Source: an uncultured Halanaerobiales bacterium (GTDB taxonomy: Bacteria > Bacillota > Halanaerobiia > Halanaerobiales > M55B127). Taken from it: a DNA stretch of 46,087 bases. Position 1 is the stretch's first letter; every line of letters starts with the position of its first letter. Where the stretch lies: contig CAZXRH010000003.1 in NCBI GenBank assembly GCA_964642575.1, positions 1 to 46,087 of the forward strand, given 5' to 3'. Shown here in pieces: positions 8,807 through 18,244 of this stretch. The position numbers and the translations under genes were made by a program. The notes below the pieces were generated by a model, which did no database searches, was not told where the DNA came from, and saw only the letters and a list, made by a program, of their open reading frames with translations.

Positions 8807-10534
8807 TTATTCAGTAATGTAATGTTCGTAAATATTCCACCACATTTCTCCATATGCAGTAGGTTCTGTATTTTTCAAGGTGTTTCTTACAGCATATAGT
8901 GCATTAGGAGTAACGGTGAAGATAACAGGAACTCTTTCGGCAATAATTTCCTGGAATTCATCATAATATTTGACTCTTTCATCAATTTCTGTAGCACTTG
9001 CACCTTGTTCAAATAATTCATCAATTCTGGCTTCCCATTCAGTTGCAGGTTCTTCTTGCTGTGGGTTCCACATATGCAAGTGACCGTGGGATGGCCATAC
9101 ATTAGATCCACTATGTGGTTCTACTCCACCTGTTAGACCAATAATTATGGTGTCAAAGTTCCATTCGCTCATTAACTGATTGACTAATTTATTAAATTCG
9201 ATTGGAGTAGAGTTGATTTTCATACCTAATTCTCTTAACTCAGAGGCAATAATATTAAGTATTGCTTCTCTTTGAGTATTACCAGAGTTTGTAACCATAT
9301 TAAATTCTACTCTTCGGCCGTCTTTATCAACTAAATTACCATCCTCGTCCCATGAAAATCCACCAGCTTCAAGTTCTTCTCTGGCTTTTTCTAAACTGTA
9401 AGGATATTTCATGACATCTTCATTTAAATATACCTTATTTGGTTCACTGATTGGGCTCCACTGTTTGGAACCATAGCCAGCAAGGGCCTGATTGATCATA
9501 GTATCTTTATCCATTGCATATGCAACAGCTCTTCTGAAATTCAAATTAGTAAACCATTCATATTTCCATGGTTGTTCTTCTAACTTGGGATTACGTGGAT
9601 TCATATTAAATATTAAGAAGTTAGAACCAAAGGTTGGTCCACCATTAACCATATGGTAGTTACCTTCTTCAGCCTTTTCTTCGAAACGTTTAAAGTCAAT
9701 ACCCCTAACACCAAGTGCATGGGTTTGACCTTTTTCAAATAGTAAAGCTTGGGTTTCTTGACTTTCAGCAATTACTCTAACCCATCTAATAATATAGGGT
9801 AGTGGTTTACCTTGAGGATCTCTTCTCCAGTGATAAGAATTTCTAAGCATTACTACTCTTTCACCAGCTCTATATTCTCCTAAAGTAAAGGGACCAGTAC
9901 CAACAATTTCAGAAGGCTTGGTATCTATACCCCACATATCATTAAAATTACCATTCTGCCAAGCATCATAAAGTTTATGCTTTGGAATAATATATGTTGT
10001 CATATTATTTAAGAAGGGAGCAAATGGTTTAGGTATTTCTATTTCTACGGTATACTTATCTACTTTTCTGTATTCAGGAAATTCTCCATCAACCATCATA
10101 ACATCTCTTGTACTGGTTGGCACATTTTCATCTTTTACAACATCAAAGGTAAAGATAACATCATCAGCTGTAAATTCTACGCCATCACTCCACTGTACAC
10201 CTTCTCTTAAAAAGAAAGTATAAACTGTACCATCTTCACTAATTTCCCAATCTTTCGCTAGCACAGGAATGAATTCAGTGGTTACACCATGTCTGGATAC
10301 AAGCCCTTCAAAAATATAGTCTTCTATAATATCGGTAGAAGAAGTTTCTTGGGCAGTAATAACATTAAAAGTTTTGGGATCACCTAATAGAGTTGATACC
10401 AGAGTACCACCGTGTTCACCTTGCTCTCTTTCAGAAACCCAGGGATCTTTTAATTCTACATCTTGTGCCAAACTCACCATTGTAAAAGAAAAAAGAAAAA
10501 CAAAAACTAAAGTAAGAATTGTAAATTTTCTCAT
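8807..10534 (-). CDS. ABC transporter substrate-binding protein, family 5 (OppA/DppA-like)
   Basis: 575 aa with a signal peptide (MRKFTILTLVFVFLFSFTMVSLA). Size and position upstream of the OppB/OppC permeases fit. SD GAGGAGG. Confidence 0.85.
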   Translation of the reverse strand: MRKFTILTLVFVFLFSFTMVSLAQDVELKDPWVSEREQGEHGGTLVSTLLGDPKTFNVITAQETSSTDIIEDYIFEGLVSRHGVTTEFIPVLAKDWEISEDGTVYTFFLREGVQWSDGVEFTADDVIFTFDVVKDENVPTSTRDVMMVDGEFPEYRKVDKYTVEIEIPKPFAPFLNNMTTYIIPKHKLYDAWQNGNFNDMWGIDTKPSEIVGTGPFTLGEYRAGERVVMLRNSYHWRRDPQGKPLPYIIRWVRVIAESQETQALLFEKGQTHALGVRGIDFKRFEEKAEEGNYHMVNGGPTFGSNFLIFNMNPRNPKLEEQPWKYEWFTNLNFRRAVAYAMDKDTMINQALAGYGSKQWSPISEPNKVYLNEDVMKYPYSLEKAREELEAGGFSWDEDGNLVDKDGRRVEFNMVTNSGNTQREAILNIIASELRELGMKINSTPIEFNKLVNQLMSEWNFDTIIIGLTGGVEPHSGSNVWPSHGHLHMWNPQQEEPATEWEARIDELFEQGASATEIDERVKYYDEFQEIIAERVPVIFTVTPNALYAVRNTLKNTEPTAYGEMWWNIYEHYITE

Positions 10535-10890
10535 TAAAAAATTTCCTCCTCGCTAATAATTCTACTTTTTAGAAATTTACATACTTAATTTAAAATTCCA
10601 CTATCTTACAAGAATATTGTTATTCGCTATCCTCCCTTCTAAAATTATTTATATAAGACAAAACAACTCAAATTACTATAGTATATATATAATACAAGCT
10701 AAGTTAAAAATTTCCTGCCCTAATAACTAATCTTGATTATTAATAATAATAATATAATTTTATAAATTATGGGGTATAAATAAACTATATTTATAATTAC
10801 ATAAAAAATATTGTTATAGGATTCTGTAATCATTTATTATTTCAAATTATAAATTAAACTTATAATTTTTAATATTTTTTAATCTTACCC

Positions 10891-10920
10891 TTGACAGAGG
10901 CAATAAAATATGTATATAAT
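10891..10920 (+). promoter_or_regulatory. Candidate sigma-A promoter of the serine hydrolase gene
   Basis: TTGACA, 18 nt spacer, TATAAT. Confidence 0.55.
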
Positions 10921-10981
10921 AATAGTGCATTAGTTAAGTAATGCACTAAAACACTATATATTAACAAAGGAGTTGTGAAAA

Positions 10982-12328
10982 ATGTTAAAAAAGAAAATAT
11001 TGGTTATTGGAATTTTAGTTTTATTGTTATTTAGTATGGGTGGGGTTGAGGCAAATACAGACTTAAGCACTGAAATAGATAATTATATAACTACCTATGA
11101 AGAAATGGGTATTTTTAGTGGAACGGTTTTAGTAGCTGAAAATGGTAAGATAATCATAAATAAAGGTTATGGGTATGCTGATTTGGAGTTAGATGTAAAA
11201 AATCAGAAAGAGACAAAGTATAGAATTGGTTCTTTAACCAAACAGTTTACCGCTGCAGCAGTTATGCAGTTAGCAGAACAGAATAAATTAAAAACAGAAG
11301 ATAAGTTAAGTAAATATATTCCTGATTATCCCCGGGGAGATGAAATTAAAATAAAGAACCTATTAAACCATACTTCCGGTATATTTGATTATACTAAAAC
11401 TCAAAAGTTCAGAGATATGATGGGTAAAAGAATACAATTAAAAAAAGTAATTGATCTTTTTAAAGATAAAGATTTAATATTTCAGCCCGGTCAAAAATAT
11501 CAGTACTGTAATTCGAATTATGTTTTGTTGGGATATATAATTGAACAGGTTAGTGGATTAAACTATGAAGAGTATTTAAATAAAAATATATTTAATCCCC
11601 TTGAGATGAATAATTCTGGTTATGCTTACCATCATAAAATAATTAAAAAAAGAGCTTCGGGTTATGTCATGAGCCCAGCTGGTAAAAAAAGTAATATGTA
11701 CCATGATGATGCCACCTTTGCCCATGGAGCAGGTGCTTTATATTCTACAACTAAAGATCTCTATAAATGGGATAGAGCTCTCTATACAGATCAAATATTA
11801 ACTGATAAGAGCCTAAAACAAATGTTTACTTCTGGTCTTGGTAATTATGGATTTGGATTCAAGATAGATGAATTATTTAAAAATAAACGGATATATCATC
11901 ATGGTGGTACCATGGGATATACCGCATCGATAAATCGATATGTTAATGATGATGTTACAATAATTGTATTAAGTAATATAAATGGAACTCCGATTGACCA
12001 GTTGACAAAAGACATAGCAGCAATTTTATTTAAAAAAGAATACTATGTTCCGGATTTAAATTATGAATTAAAACAAGAGGCATTTAAAAAATATGCTGGT
12101 ACTTATAAATTAGATTCCGGTCGAGAAGTTACTATAATGAGTAATGCAGATAAATATTTTGTTAAACTGAAACAGGGTCCGGCTTTTGAAATTATTCCTT
12201 CTGGTCAAAACGAATTTTTCTTAAAAATAATGGGAGAAAAAATAGAATTTGTTAAAGACAATAATGGTAATTTCAATACGATTAATATAGAGCATGTCTA
12301 CAGTTCAGAATCAGGAACAAAAATATAA
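10982..12328 (+). CDS. Secreted serine hydrolase, beta-lactamase class C / family VIII esterase / PBP fold
   Basis: Signal peptide. S-x-x-K (SLTKQF), Y-x-N region (YCNSNYVLLGY) and HGG box (YHHGGTMGY). Extra C-terminal domain of about 100 aa. Confidence 0.8.
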   Translation: MLKKKILVIGILVLLLFSMGGVEANTDLSTEIDNYITTYEEMGIFSGTVLVAENGKIIINKGYGYADLELDVKNQKETKYRIGSLTKQFTAAAVMQLAEQNKLKTEDKLSKYIPDYPRGDEIKIKNLLNHTSGIFDYTKTQKFRDMMGKRIQLKKVIDLFKDKDLIFQPGQKYQYCNSNYVLLGYIIEQVSGLNYEEYLNKNIFNPLEMNNSGYAYHHKIIKKRASGYVMSPAGKKSNMYHDDATFAHGAGALYSTTKDLYKWDRALYTDQILTDKSLKQMFTSGLGNYGFGFKIDELFKNKRIYHHGGTMGYTASINRYVNDDVTIIVLSNINGTPIDQLTKDIAAILFKKEYYVPDLNYELKQEAFKKYAGTYKLDSGREVTIMSNADKYFVKLKQGPAFEIIPSGQNEFFLKIMGEKIEFVKDNNGNFNTINIEHVYSSESGTKI

Positions 12329-12425
12329 ATAATGAGATACCTTTTAAATTGTATTGAATTTAATAGAAATTAAATTCTAGTTGTGTTAAATTTGATCTAA
12401 CAATTACAATTAGAGGTGATGAAAC

Positions 12426-13004
12426 TTGGCTTATAAATTTGATCCTAATAAAAAACAAAAATTGCATTCTGAAGAGAGAAAAAGCAATATGCCTCCCAGT
12501 GAGACTTTAGAAGATATGCTTTTAAAAAAGAATGAAAGATTTTTAGATATAGGGGCTGGTATCGGCTACTTTACTTTACCTGCAGCCGAAATTGTAGGTA
12601 ATAAGGGAATGGTATTTGCAGTAGATACTTCTGAGGAAATGATAGAAGAGTTGAGAGAAATGATTAAAGAAAAATCAATTACAAATATAACCACGATTCA
12701 AGGTAATGACTATAATACAGATATTTCAAATAAAAAAGTAGATTATTTGTTTTTATCTAATGTTTTACATGAAGTAGAAGATAAAATGAGATTTCTTAAT
12801 AACTATTTAGATAAATTAAAAACCGGAGGTAAGCTTGGTATAATTGAGTTTAAAAAAATAAAAACTCCCAAAGGTCCACCTATTCAGCACAAAATAAGTA
12901 AAGATGAATTAAAAGCAATTTATGAGAAACTCAATATTGACATTATAAAAGAAGTAGATATCAATGATTTTCAGTATGGAATAGTGGGAAAGAAAAACAA
13001 ATAG
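12426..13004 (+). CDS. Class I SAM-dependent methyltransferase
   Basis: Motif I LDIGAGIGYFT with an acidic residue after beta-2 (VFAVDTS). TTG start 6 nt after GAGGTGA. Confidence 0.75.
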   Translation: MAYKFDPNKKQKLHSEERKSNMPPSETLEDMLLKKNERFLDIGAGIGYFTLPAAEIVGNKGMVFAVDTSEEMIEELREMIKEKSITNITTIQGNDYNTDISNKKVDYLFLSNVLHEVEDKMRFLNNYLDKLKTGGKLGIIEFKKIKTPKGPPIQHKISKDELKAIYEKLNIDIIKEVDINDFQYGIVGKKNK

Positions 13005-13008
13005 AAAT

Positions 13009-13036
13009 AAAAAACGGCCTGCAAAAGGCCGTTTTC
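13009..13036. terminator. Bidirectional terminator between convergent genes
   Basis: AACGGCC / GGCCGTT stem with an A-run before and a T-run after. Confidence 0.75.
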
Positions 13037-13047
13037 GCATGTATATA

Positions 13048-13716
13048 TTAAAAAATATAGGGAATTAAAAAGTCAATTAAAAAGAACATACCAATAATGA
13101 CCAATATCACCACTCTATATTTTACAATGATTGAACTAACAAAGTCCAATACTTTTATACCGTCTTTTACAATGACAGCAATAAATTTTATACTGGGAAT
13201 CGTCATATTTAATACACTGTCACGAACTGAAGCCCAGAAGGGTGGAAAATATATTATATTAATTAAAACTCCTAAAAGAAATACTCCTAATAGATAGGAA
13301 AGCGGAGAAAAATAATTTCCTTCAGACAAGAGCATACCTATTTCATCCATGAAGAGTCCTAAACCTGCCCCATACATGATGGCTAGTTTTGTTTTTGAAA
13401 TTTTCTTATTTCCTACGATAGCTAACCAACCTGCAATTCCCATTAAAAGAACTCCAAAGTAGAAATGATGAATATGGTAACCGAAAAGAATAATATTTCT
13501 ACCAATATATATATTTCTATTTATAATTCCTTCTTTAATAGCTACGACTGTGTCATGTTTGACAGAACCAGCTATTAATACACTTAATCTTATCAATATA
13601 AAAGATAGTAAATATGATATCCCTATTAAAAAAGGTAGTTTTCTATTAACTTGTTTATTATTGTTAAGCAATTTAATTCCACCTCCAGACAGTACCTCTA
13701 GGTAGTTATTATACAA
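13048..13716 (-). CDS. Hypothetical polytopic membrane protein (HIHHFYFG motif)
   Basis: Five to six hydrophobic segments. The listed TTG 13716 has no SD. An internal TTG at 13671 is preceded by GGAGGTGGA with a 7-nt spacer and is the more likely start. Confidence 0.55.
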   Translation of the reverse strand: MYNNYLEVLSGGGIKLLNNNKQVNRKLPFLIGISYLLSFILIRLSVLIAGSVKHDTVVAIKEGIINRNIYIGRNIILFGYHIHHFYFGVLLMGIAGWLAIVGNKKISKTKLAIMYGAGLGLFMDEIGMLLSEGNYFSPLSYLLGVFLLGVLINIIYFPPFWASVRDSVLNMTIPSIKFIAVIVKDGIKVLDFVSSIIVKYRVVILVIIGMFFLIDFLIPYIF

Positions 13717-13848
13717 GATTTACATGGGGTTTATCAAGTAGATAAGATTTGGGTAAAAATATAATAATTTAAATGAAAAAAATTCAAGGGAAATAAAATT
13801 GATTATAGAAGTAAAGAATATAGAAAATATTTTGAAGGAGGGATTGTT

Positions 13849-14625
13849 TTGAATTCTACACTTGAAACTATAGATAAAAGAATGTCTCTTAGAAGATATA
13901 AGGATGAAATGATCAAAGATGAAGAATTAGACCAGATAATAGATAGTGCTATGCGAGCACCGACCGCCGGTAATATGATGCATTATTCTATGATAGTAGT
14001 CAAAGATGAAGAAAGAAAAAGGATCTTAAGTGAAACCTGTGATAATCAACCCTTTATTGCTGATGCACCTGTAGTATTAGTATTTTTAGCAGACTTTCAA
14101 AGATTATATGATTATTTTGAGGTCTGTAATCTAAAGGATTACTGCCGCAGAGAAGATATTAACTTTAAAAAGCCTAATTTGGCCGCACTATTTCTGGCAG
14201 CCGGTGATGCCTTTATTTCTGCTCAAAATGCTGTTATTGCAGCAGAATCACTTGATATAGGTTCCTGTTATATTGGAGACATTATAGAAAATTATGAGAT
14301 AAAAAAAGAACTTTTTAATTTACCTGACTATACCCTTCCAATTGCAATGTTAACCTTGGGATATTATCCTGACGATCTAAAACGCAAAAAATCCAGACGA
14401 TTTGATAGGGATTATATTGTATTTGAAGAAGAATACAAAAGACTATCAAAACAAGAATTAAAGGAAATGCATCAGCATAGAGAAGAGAAAGTTAAAGCTA
14501 ATAATAAATATAGAGCAGAAAATTTCGGACAGTATATTTATGGAAGAAAATTCGATGCTGATTTTTATGAAGAAATGGAAAGGTCTTTACAGCACATGGT
14601 TTTAGATTGGTTGGAAGGCAATTAA
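13849..14625 (+). CDS. Nitroreductase family protein
   Basis: N-terminal SLRRY ... RAPTAGNMM motif typical of the FMN nitroreductase fold. SD GAAGGAGGG with a TTG start. Confidence 0.8.
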   Translation: MNSTLETIDKRMSLRRYKDEMIKDEELDQIIDSAMRAPTAGNMMHYSMIVVKDEERKRILSETCDNQPFIADAPVVLVFLADFQRLYDYFEVCNLKDYCRREDINFKKPNLAALFLAAGDAFISAQNAVIAAESLDIGSCYIGDIIENYEIKKELFNLPDYTLPIAMLTLGYYPDDLKRKKSRRFDRDYIVFEEEYKRLSKQELKEMHQHREEKVKANNKYRAENFGQYIYGRKFDADFYEEMERSLQHMVLDWLEGN

Positions 14626-14666
14626 AATATATAATATTTAAATAATATAAGAAACAGGTGGAATAA

Positions 14667-17291
14667 TTGAAAAATTTAATTGATTTGAAAAACATAATCC
14701 CTGCTATCTCGCAAGGGACAATATATCGAAAATCCTTGATTAAACAGCTTAATAAGAAAATGAAAGATGAAAATAAAAAATTATTATTAATATCTGGTCC
14801 AGCTGGTTATGGTAAAACTACCTTGATAACTAACTGGATTAAGCAAAGTGATATGAATACTGCATGGTTAACAATAGATCAAGAAGATAATGAAATTAAA
14901 TCATTTATTCAGGGAATTATTAACTCCTTTCGCGTTATTGATGATAAATTATTTGAAGGGACTAATCATTTATTACAACTTCCCAATCAAGATGGTGTGA
15001 AAGCCATCTTAAGTTCATTTTATTCTGAACTTAGGTTAATTCAGCAAAATATTGTCTTGATATTTGATGATTTTCATCATATTGAAAACAATGATATTAA
15101 CCAAATTTTAGATAAAGTAATTAAATACAGTAATAGCAATATTAAGTTAGCATTATTAACTAGGGAAGATCCTCAGATAAAACTTCGACAATATAGGTTA
15201 GAAGATATGATATTTGAATTGAGAACAAAGGACTTAAAATTTAATTTTAAAGAAGCTAAAAAACTATATGCCAATTTAGATATAAGTGATAACGAAGTTA
15301 AAGATTTAACTCACAAGACAGAAGGGTGGATATCAGGTTTAAAATTAGCAGCAATAAAACTATTAGATAAAGATGAAAAAATTAGTCATAAATTTATAGA
15401 AGATTTTTCGGGCAGTAATTATTATATAATGGATTATTTACTCGAGGAAGTTTTGTATGATTTAAATGACAATATTAAAAATTTTTTATTAAAAACATCT
15501 GTTTTAGATAAGTTATCCCCACAACTATGTAACTATATATTAAAGAGGGATGATAGTTTAGAATTGTTACACAAATTACAAAATATGAATTTATTTATTG
15601 AAGAAATTGATACAAATAATCATTGGTATCGATACCATCAACTATTTAGAGACCTGCTTTCATTTCAATTAGAAGATAATCAAAAAAAGGAACTACATGT
15701 AAGAGCTGCTGAGTGGTTTGCCCAAAATGAAATATATAATAGTGCAGTTGCAGAAGCATTGAAGGCTAAAAAAACTCAATTAGCAGTAAATTATATAGAA
15801 GAAGCTATCCCTAAGTTTTTAGAGGAAGGTAAAATTAAAGGTTTATTATACCTTATTGAAAAACTTTCAGATCAAAGTATTATGGAAAGTATACCCATTT
15901 TAATAATGAAAGCTTGGTCCTTATTTATAATAGGCAAAAAGAATGATGCAATTTATTATATAAAGTTAATACAAAAAAATATTGATGAAATTGATGAACA
16001 AAATAAAGGAAGATTATATACACTAACTTCATTAATACCTGAGATTAATAACCAAAAAGATCCTACCATTATGGCGAAAGAAGCTTTAAAACTATTGCCT
16101 AAAAAAGATCACATTTTTACTATAAATGCATGGATGTCATTAGGACAGATTCAAGCATCGATAGGAAAAGTAGATAAATCAATTAATTCATTTGAGAAAG
16201 CATACTTTTTAGCTAGACAACAAAACAATTCTTTTTTAGAAATTATGGCATTAATAAATTTAGCTTTAAAATTAAATTTAAAAGGTAAACTTAAAGAAGC
16301 TAATAAGCTATGTAATGATACTATAGAAAGATACAGTGATACTAATCATCAAATAGAAGCACTAGCCAAACTCGTTTTTATTCCTAAAGGTATATTTGCT
16401 TATCAGATGGGTGAATTAAAATCAGCTAATGATATGTTTTTAAAAGGCATAGAGATCAGTGAACAGTTGAATTTAGTCCATGTTGCCTGGATGCCCAAAA
16501 TTTATTATGCCGTTAATTTATATGTTCAAGGTAATACTCAATCTGCTCTTGAGGTAATTGATGATTTAATTGCATTTACTAATAAATATAATTTATTACC
16601 TCATCAAAAGTGGGCTCAAAGCATAAAAGATGAGATTTATATAAAAGAAGGGAAATTAAAATTTACTAAAATCTTGGAACAAAAATTTCAAAATAAATTA
16701 CATTCAAAAGAAAACTTCAATTATATTAGAGAATTATTTAATTACATTCGGCTATTATTATTAGATCAAAAAACAGAGAAAGCTATTTCATTATTAAAAG
16801 ATAACTTAACATTAGTTCAGAATATAGATTTTATTGATAAAATAAGGTATTATCTCTTTTTAACAATAAGTTTTTATCTAAAAGAAGATGAAAATAATGT
16901 AGAAAAAAATATAGTGAAAATGATTGATTATATAAATAATGAAAAATATTTATCTGTTTTTATCAGAGAAGGAGAAATGTGTCTGCCGCTGATAAAAAAA
17001 TATAAATATCTAAATACAGATTTATTTAATAGTATTGAAAATATATTAGAAGATAAAATAGATAAAAATGATAATAAAGCTCAACAGTTAGTTGAACCAT
17101 TAACAGAGCGAGAATTAGAAATACTTAATTTAGCTGCATCAGGTTTTACCAATCAAAAAATAGCTGATGAGTTATTTATAACATTGGGAACTACTAAATG
17201 GCATTTAAGTAATGTTTATTCAAAACTGGGAGTTAAAAGCAGGACAAAAGCTGCAGTAAAAGCTAAAGAGCTCGGTTTAATAGATGAATAG
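14667..17291 (+). CDS. MalT-like large ATP-binding LuxR-family transcriptional regulator (STAND NTPase + TPR-like repeats + LuxR HTH)
   Basis: Walker A GPAGYGKTT and Walker B-like LIFDDFH. Long helical-repeat middle region. C-terminal LuxR HTH (LTERELEILNLAASGFTNQKIADELFITLGTTKWHLSNVYSKLGV). Confidence 0.88.
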   Translation: MKNLIDLKNIIPAISQGTIYRKSLIKQLNKKMKDENKKLLLISGPAGYGKTTLITNWIKQSDMNTAWLTIDQEDNEIKSFIQGIINSFRVIDDKLFEGTNHLLQLPNQDGVKAILSSFYSELRLIQQNIVLIFDDFHHIENNDINQILDKVIKYSNSNIKLALLTREDPQIKLRQYRLEDMIFELRTKDLKFNFKEAKKLYANLDISDNEVKDLTHKTEGWISGLKLAAIKLLDKDEKISHKFIEDFSGSNYYIMDYLLEEVLYDLNDNIKNFLLKTSVLDKLSPQLCNYILKRDDSLELLHKLQNMNLFIEEIDTNNHWYRYHQLFRDLLSFQLEDNQKKELHVRAAEWFAQNEIYNSAVAEALKAKKTQLAVNYIEEAIPKFLEEGKIKGLLYLIEKLSDQSIMESIPILIMKAWSLFIIGKKNDAIYYIKLIQKNIDEIDEQNKGRLYTLTSLIPEINNQKDPTIMAKEALKLLPKKDHIFTINAWMSLGQIQASIGKVDKSINSFEKAYFLARQQNNSFLEIMALINLALKLNLKGKLKEANKLCNDTIERYSDTNHQIEALAKLVFIPKGIFAYQMGELKSANDMFLKGIEISEQLNLVHVAWMPKIYYAVNLYVQGNTQSALEVIDDLIAFTNKYNLLPHQKWAQSIKDEIYIKEGKLKFTKILEQKFQNKLHSKENFNYIRELFNYIRLLLLDQKTEKAISLLKDNLTLVQNIDFIDKIRYYLFLTISFYLKEDENNVEKNIVKMIDYINNEKYLSVFIREGEMCLPLIKKYKYLNTDLFNSIENILEDKIDKNDNKAQQLVEPLTERELEILNLAASGFTNQKIADELFITLGTTKWHLSNVYSKLGVKSRTKAAVKAKELGLIDE

Positions 17292-17298
17292 ATTTATT

Positions 17299-17330
17299 AC
17301 CCTACTTTTAAAAAAAGTAGGGTTTTTTTA
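17299..17330 (+). terminator. Rho-independent terminator after the LuxR-family gene
   Basis: CCCTACTTT / AAAGTAGGG stem followed by T7. Confidence 0.8.
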
Positions 17331-17422
17331 ATACCTAACTAAAGTTAGGTGTGCAAATTAAAATTAAATGCTATTATATAGACAGTTAAACAAATTATTT
17401 TTTTAAGAAAGGTTGTGAAATA

Positions 17423-17644
17423 GTGAACGAAAAGAAATGTTATAAAATTAGATTAAAAAACAAAATTAATACAAAAAAATTCTCAAGGTTTGAAAAAGTT
17501 GAAATTAGTTGTAAAGAGGGCGATACAGAAATATATGGTTATTTTGATGAAACTGCTTTATATTCAATATTAAAAAGAATCCGTGATTTAAATATTAAAT
17601 TATTGAAATTAGAATTAGTAGAAGATTGCAAGGAGGGAAATTAA
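17423..17644 (+). CDS. Small hypothetical protein (73 aa)
   Basis: GTG start with a weak SD. Its stop (17642..17644) lies 2 nt before the ATG (17647) of the next gene; only that ORF's listed upstream extension (17626) overlaps it. C-terminal motif ALYSILKRIRDLNIKLLKLELVE. Confidence 0.5.
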   Translation: MNEKKCYKIRLKNKINTKKFSRFEKVEISCKEGDTEIYGYFDETALYSILKRIRDLNIKLLKLELVEDCKEGN

Positions 17645-17646
17645 AA

Positions 17647-18222
17647 ATGAATAAAATCATATTTTTAACATTAATAATTATATTGTTGTTTTCCGGTAAT
17701 ATAATTGGAGCTGAGGTAAAGTACTTTCAACTAGAAAAAAGTCAAGAAGTTTTCTTAAACTTTCCTGGCTCAAGAATAAGAATTGAATCTTGGTATAAGG
17801 ATTATATAAAAATTGAAACAACTTATATGGTGAAAAACAATTATGAGATCCAACAGAAAGACAATATGATTTATTTTAACAAAAACAAACATTTAAAAAG
17901 ATATCCTAATGATTTAGATAATAACAAATTATTTAAAATAGTAAATGAAGTATTTTTTATTATAACAGTTCCAGCTAATAAGCACTTAAGCATTACAGCT
18001 GATCAGGTAAATATTAAAGAAAACTGTAATTTGAAATTTGTAGATGCTGAATACGCAAGAATTAGAGAATCAAAATTTTTAGATGGCTTTACTGGCAAAG
18101 GTAAAAAAATTGTAATAAGAGATAATCATTTTAATGGAGAATATACTTTAGACTATGAAAGTATAATAAGAGAAAAACGAAAAGGATTGTTATGGAACTT
18201 AGGTAAAATATTATTAAAATAA
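17647..18222 (+). CDS. Hypothetical secreted protein
   Basis: ATG 17647 follows AAGGAGGGA. Signal peptide MNKIIFLTLIIILLFSGNIIGAE. Beta-rich, and no catalytic motif recognised. Confidence 0.6.
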   Translation: MNKIIFLTLIIILLFSGNIIGAEVKYFQLEKSQEVFLNFPGSRIRIESWYKDYIKIETTYMVKNNYEIQQKDNMIYFNKNKHLKRYPNDLDNNKLFKIVNEVFFIITVPANKHLSITADQVNIKENCNLKFVDAEYARIRESKFLDGFTGKGKKIVIRDNHFNGEYTLDYESIIREKRKGLLWNLGKILLK

Positions 18223-18244
18223 CTAAAAAAAGGTGGAGATTAAA

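Noticed and set aside
7367-10556. Embedded ORFs 7367..7579 (-), 8887..9111 (-) and 10374..10556 (+) in the peptide ABC operon
   Set aside because: These are alternative-frame or antisense ORFs inside oppC-like and oppA-like genes. They have no translation signals.
13097-14695. ORFs 13097..13297 (+) and 14498..14695 (-)
   Set aside because: They lie antisense to the membrane-protein gene and to the nitroreductase 3' end and LuxR 5' end. They have no SD and their sequences are low-complexity.
14667-17291. STAND NTPase considered as an Avs/NLR-like antiphage sensor
   Set aside because: The C-terminus is a canonical LuxR HTH and the overall layout matches MalT-type transcription activators. There is no nuclease, protease, TIR, SIR2 or other effector domain, and no neighbouring defence genes.
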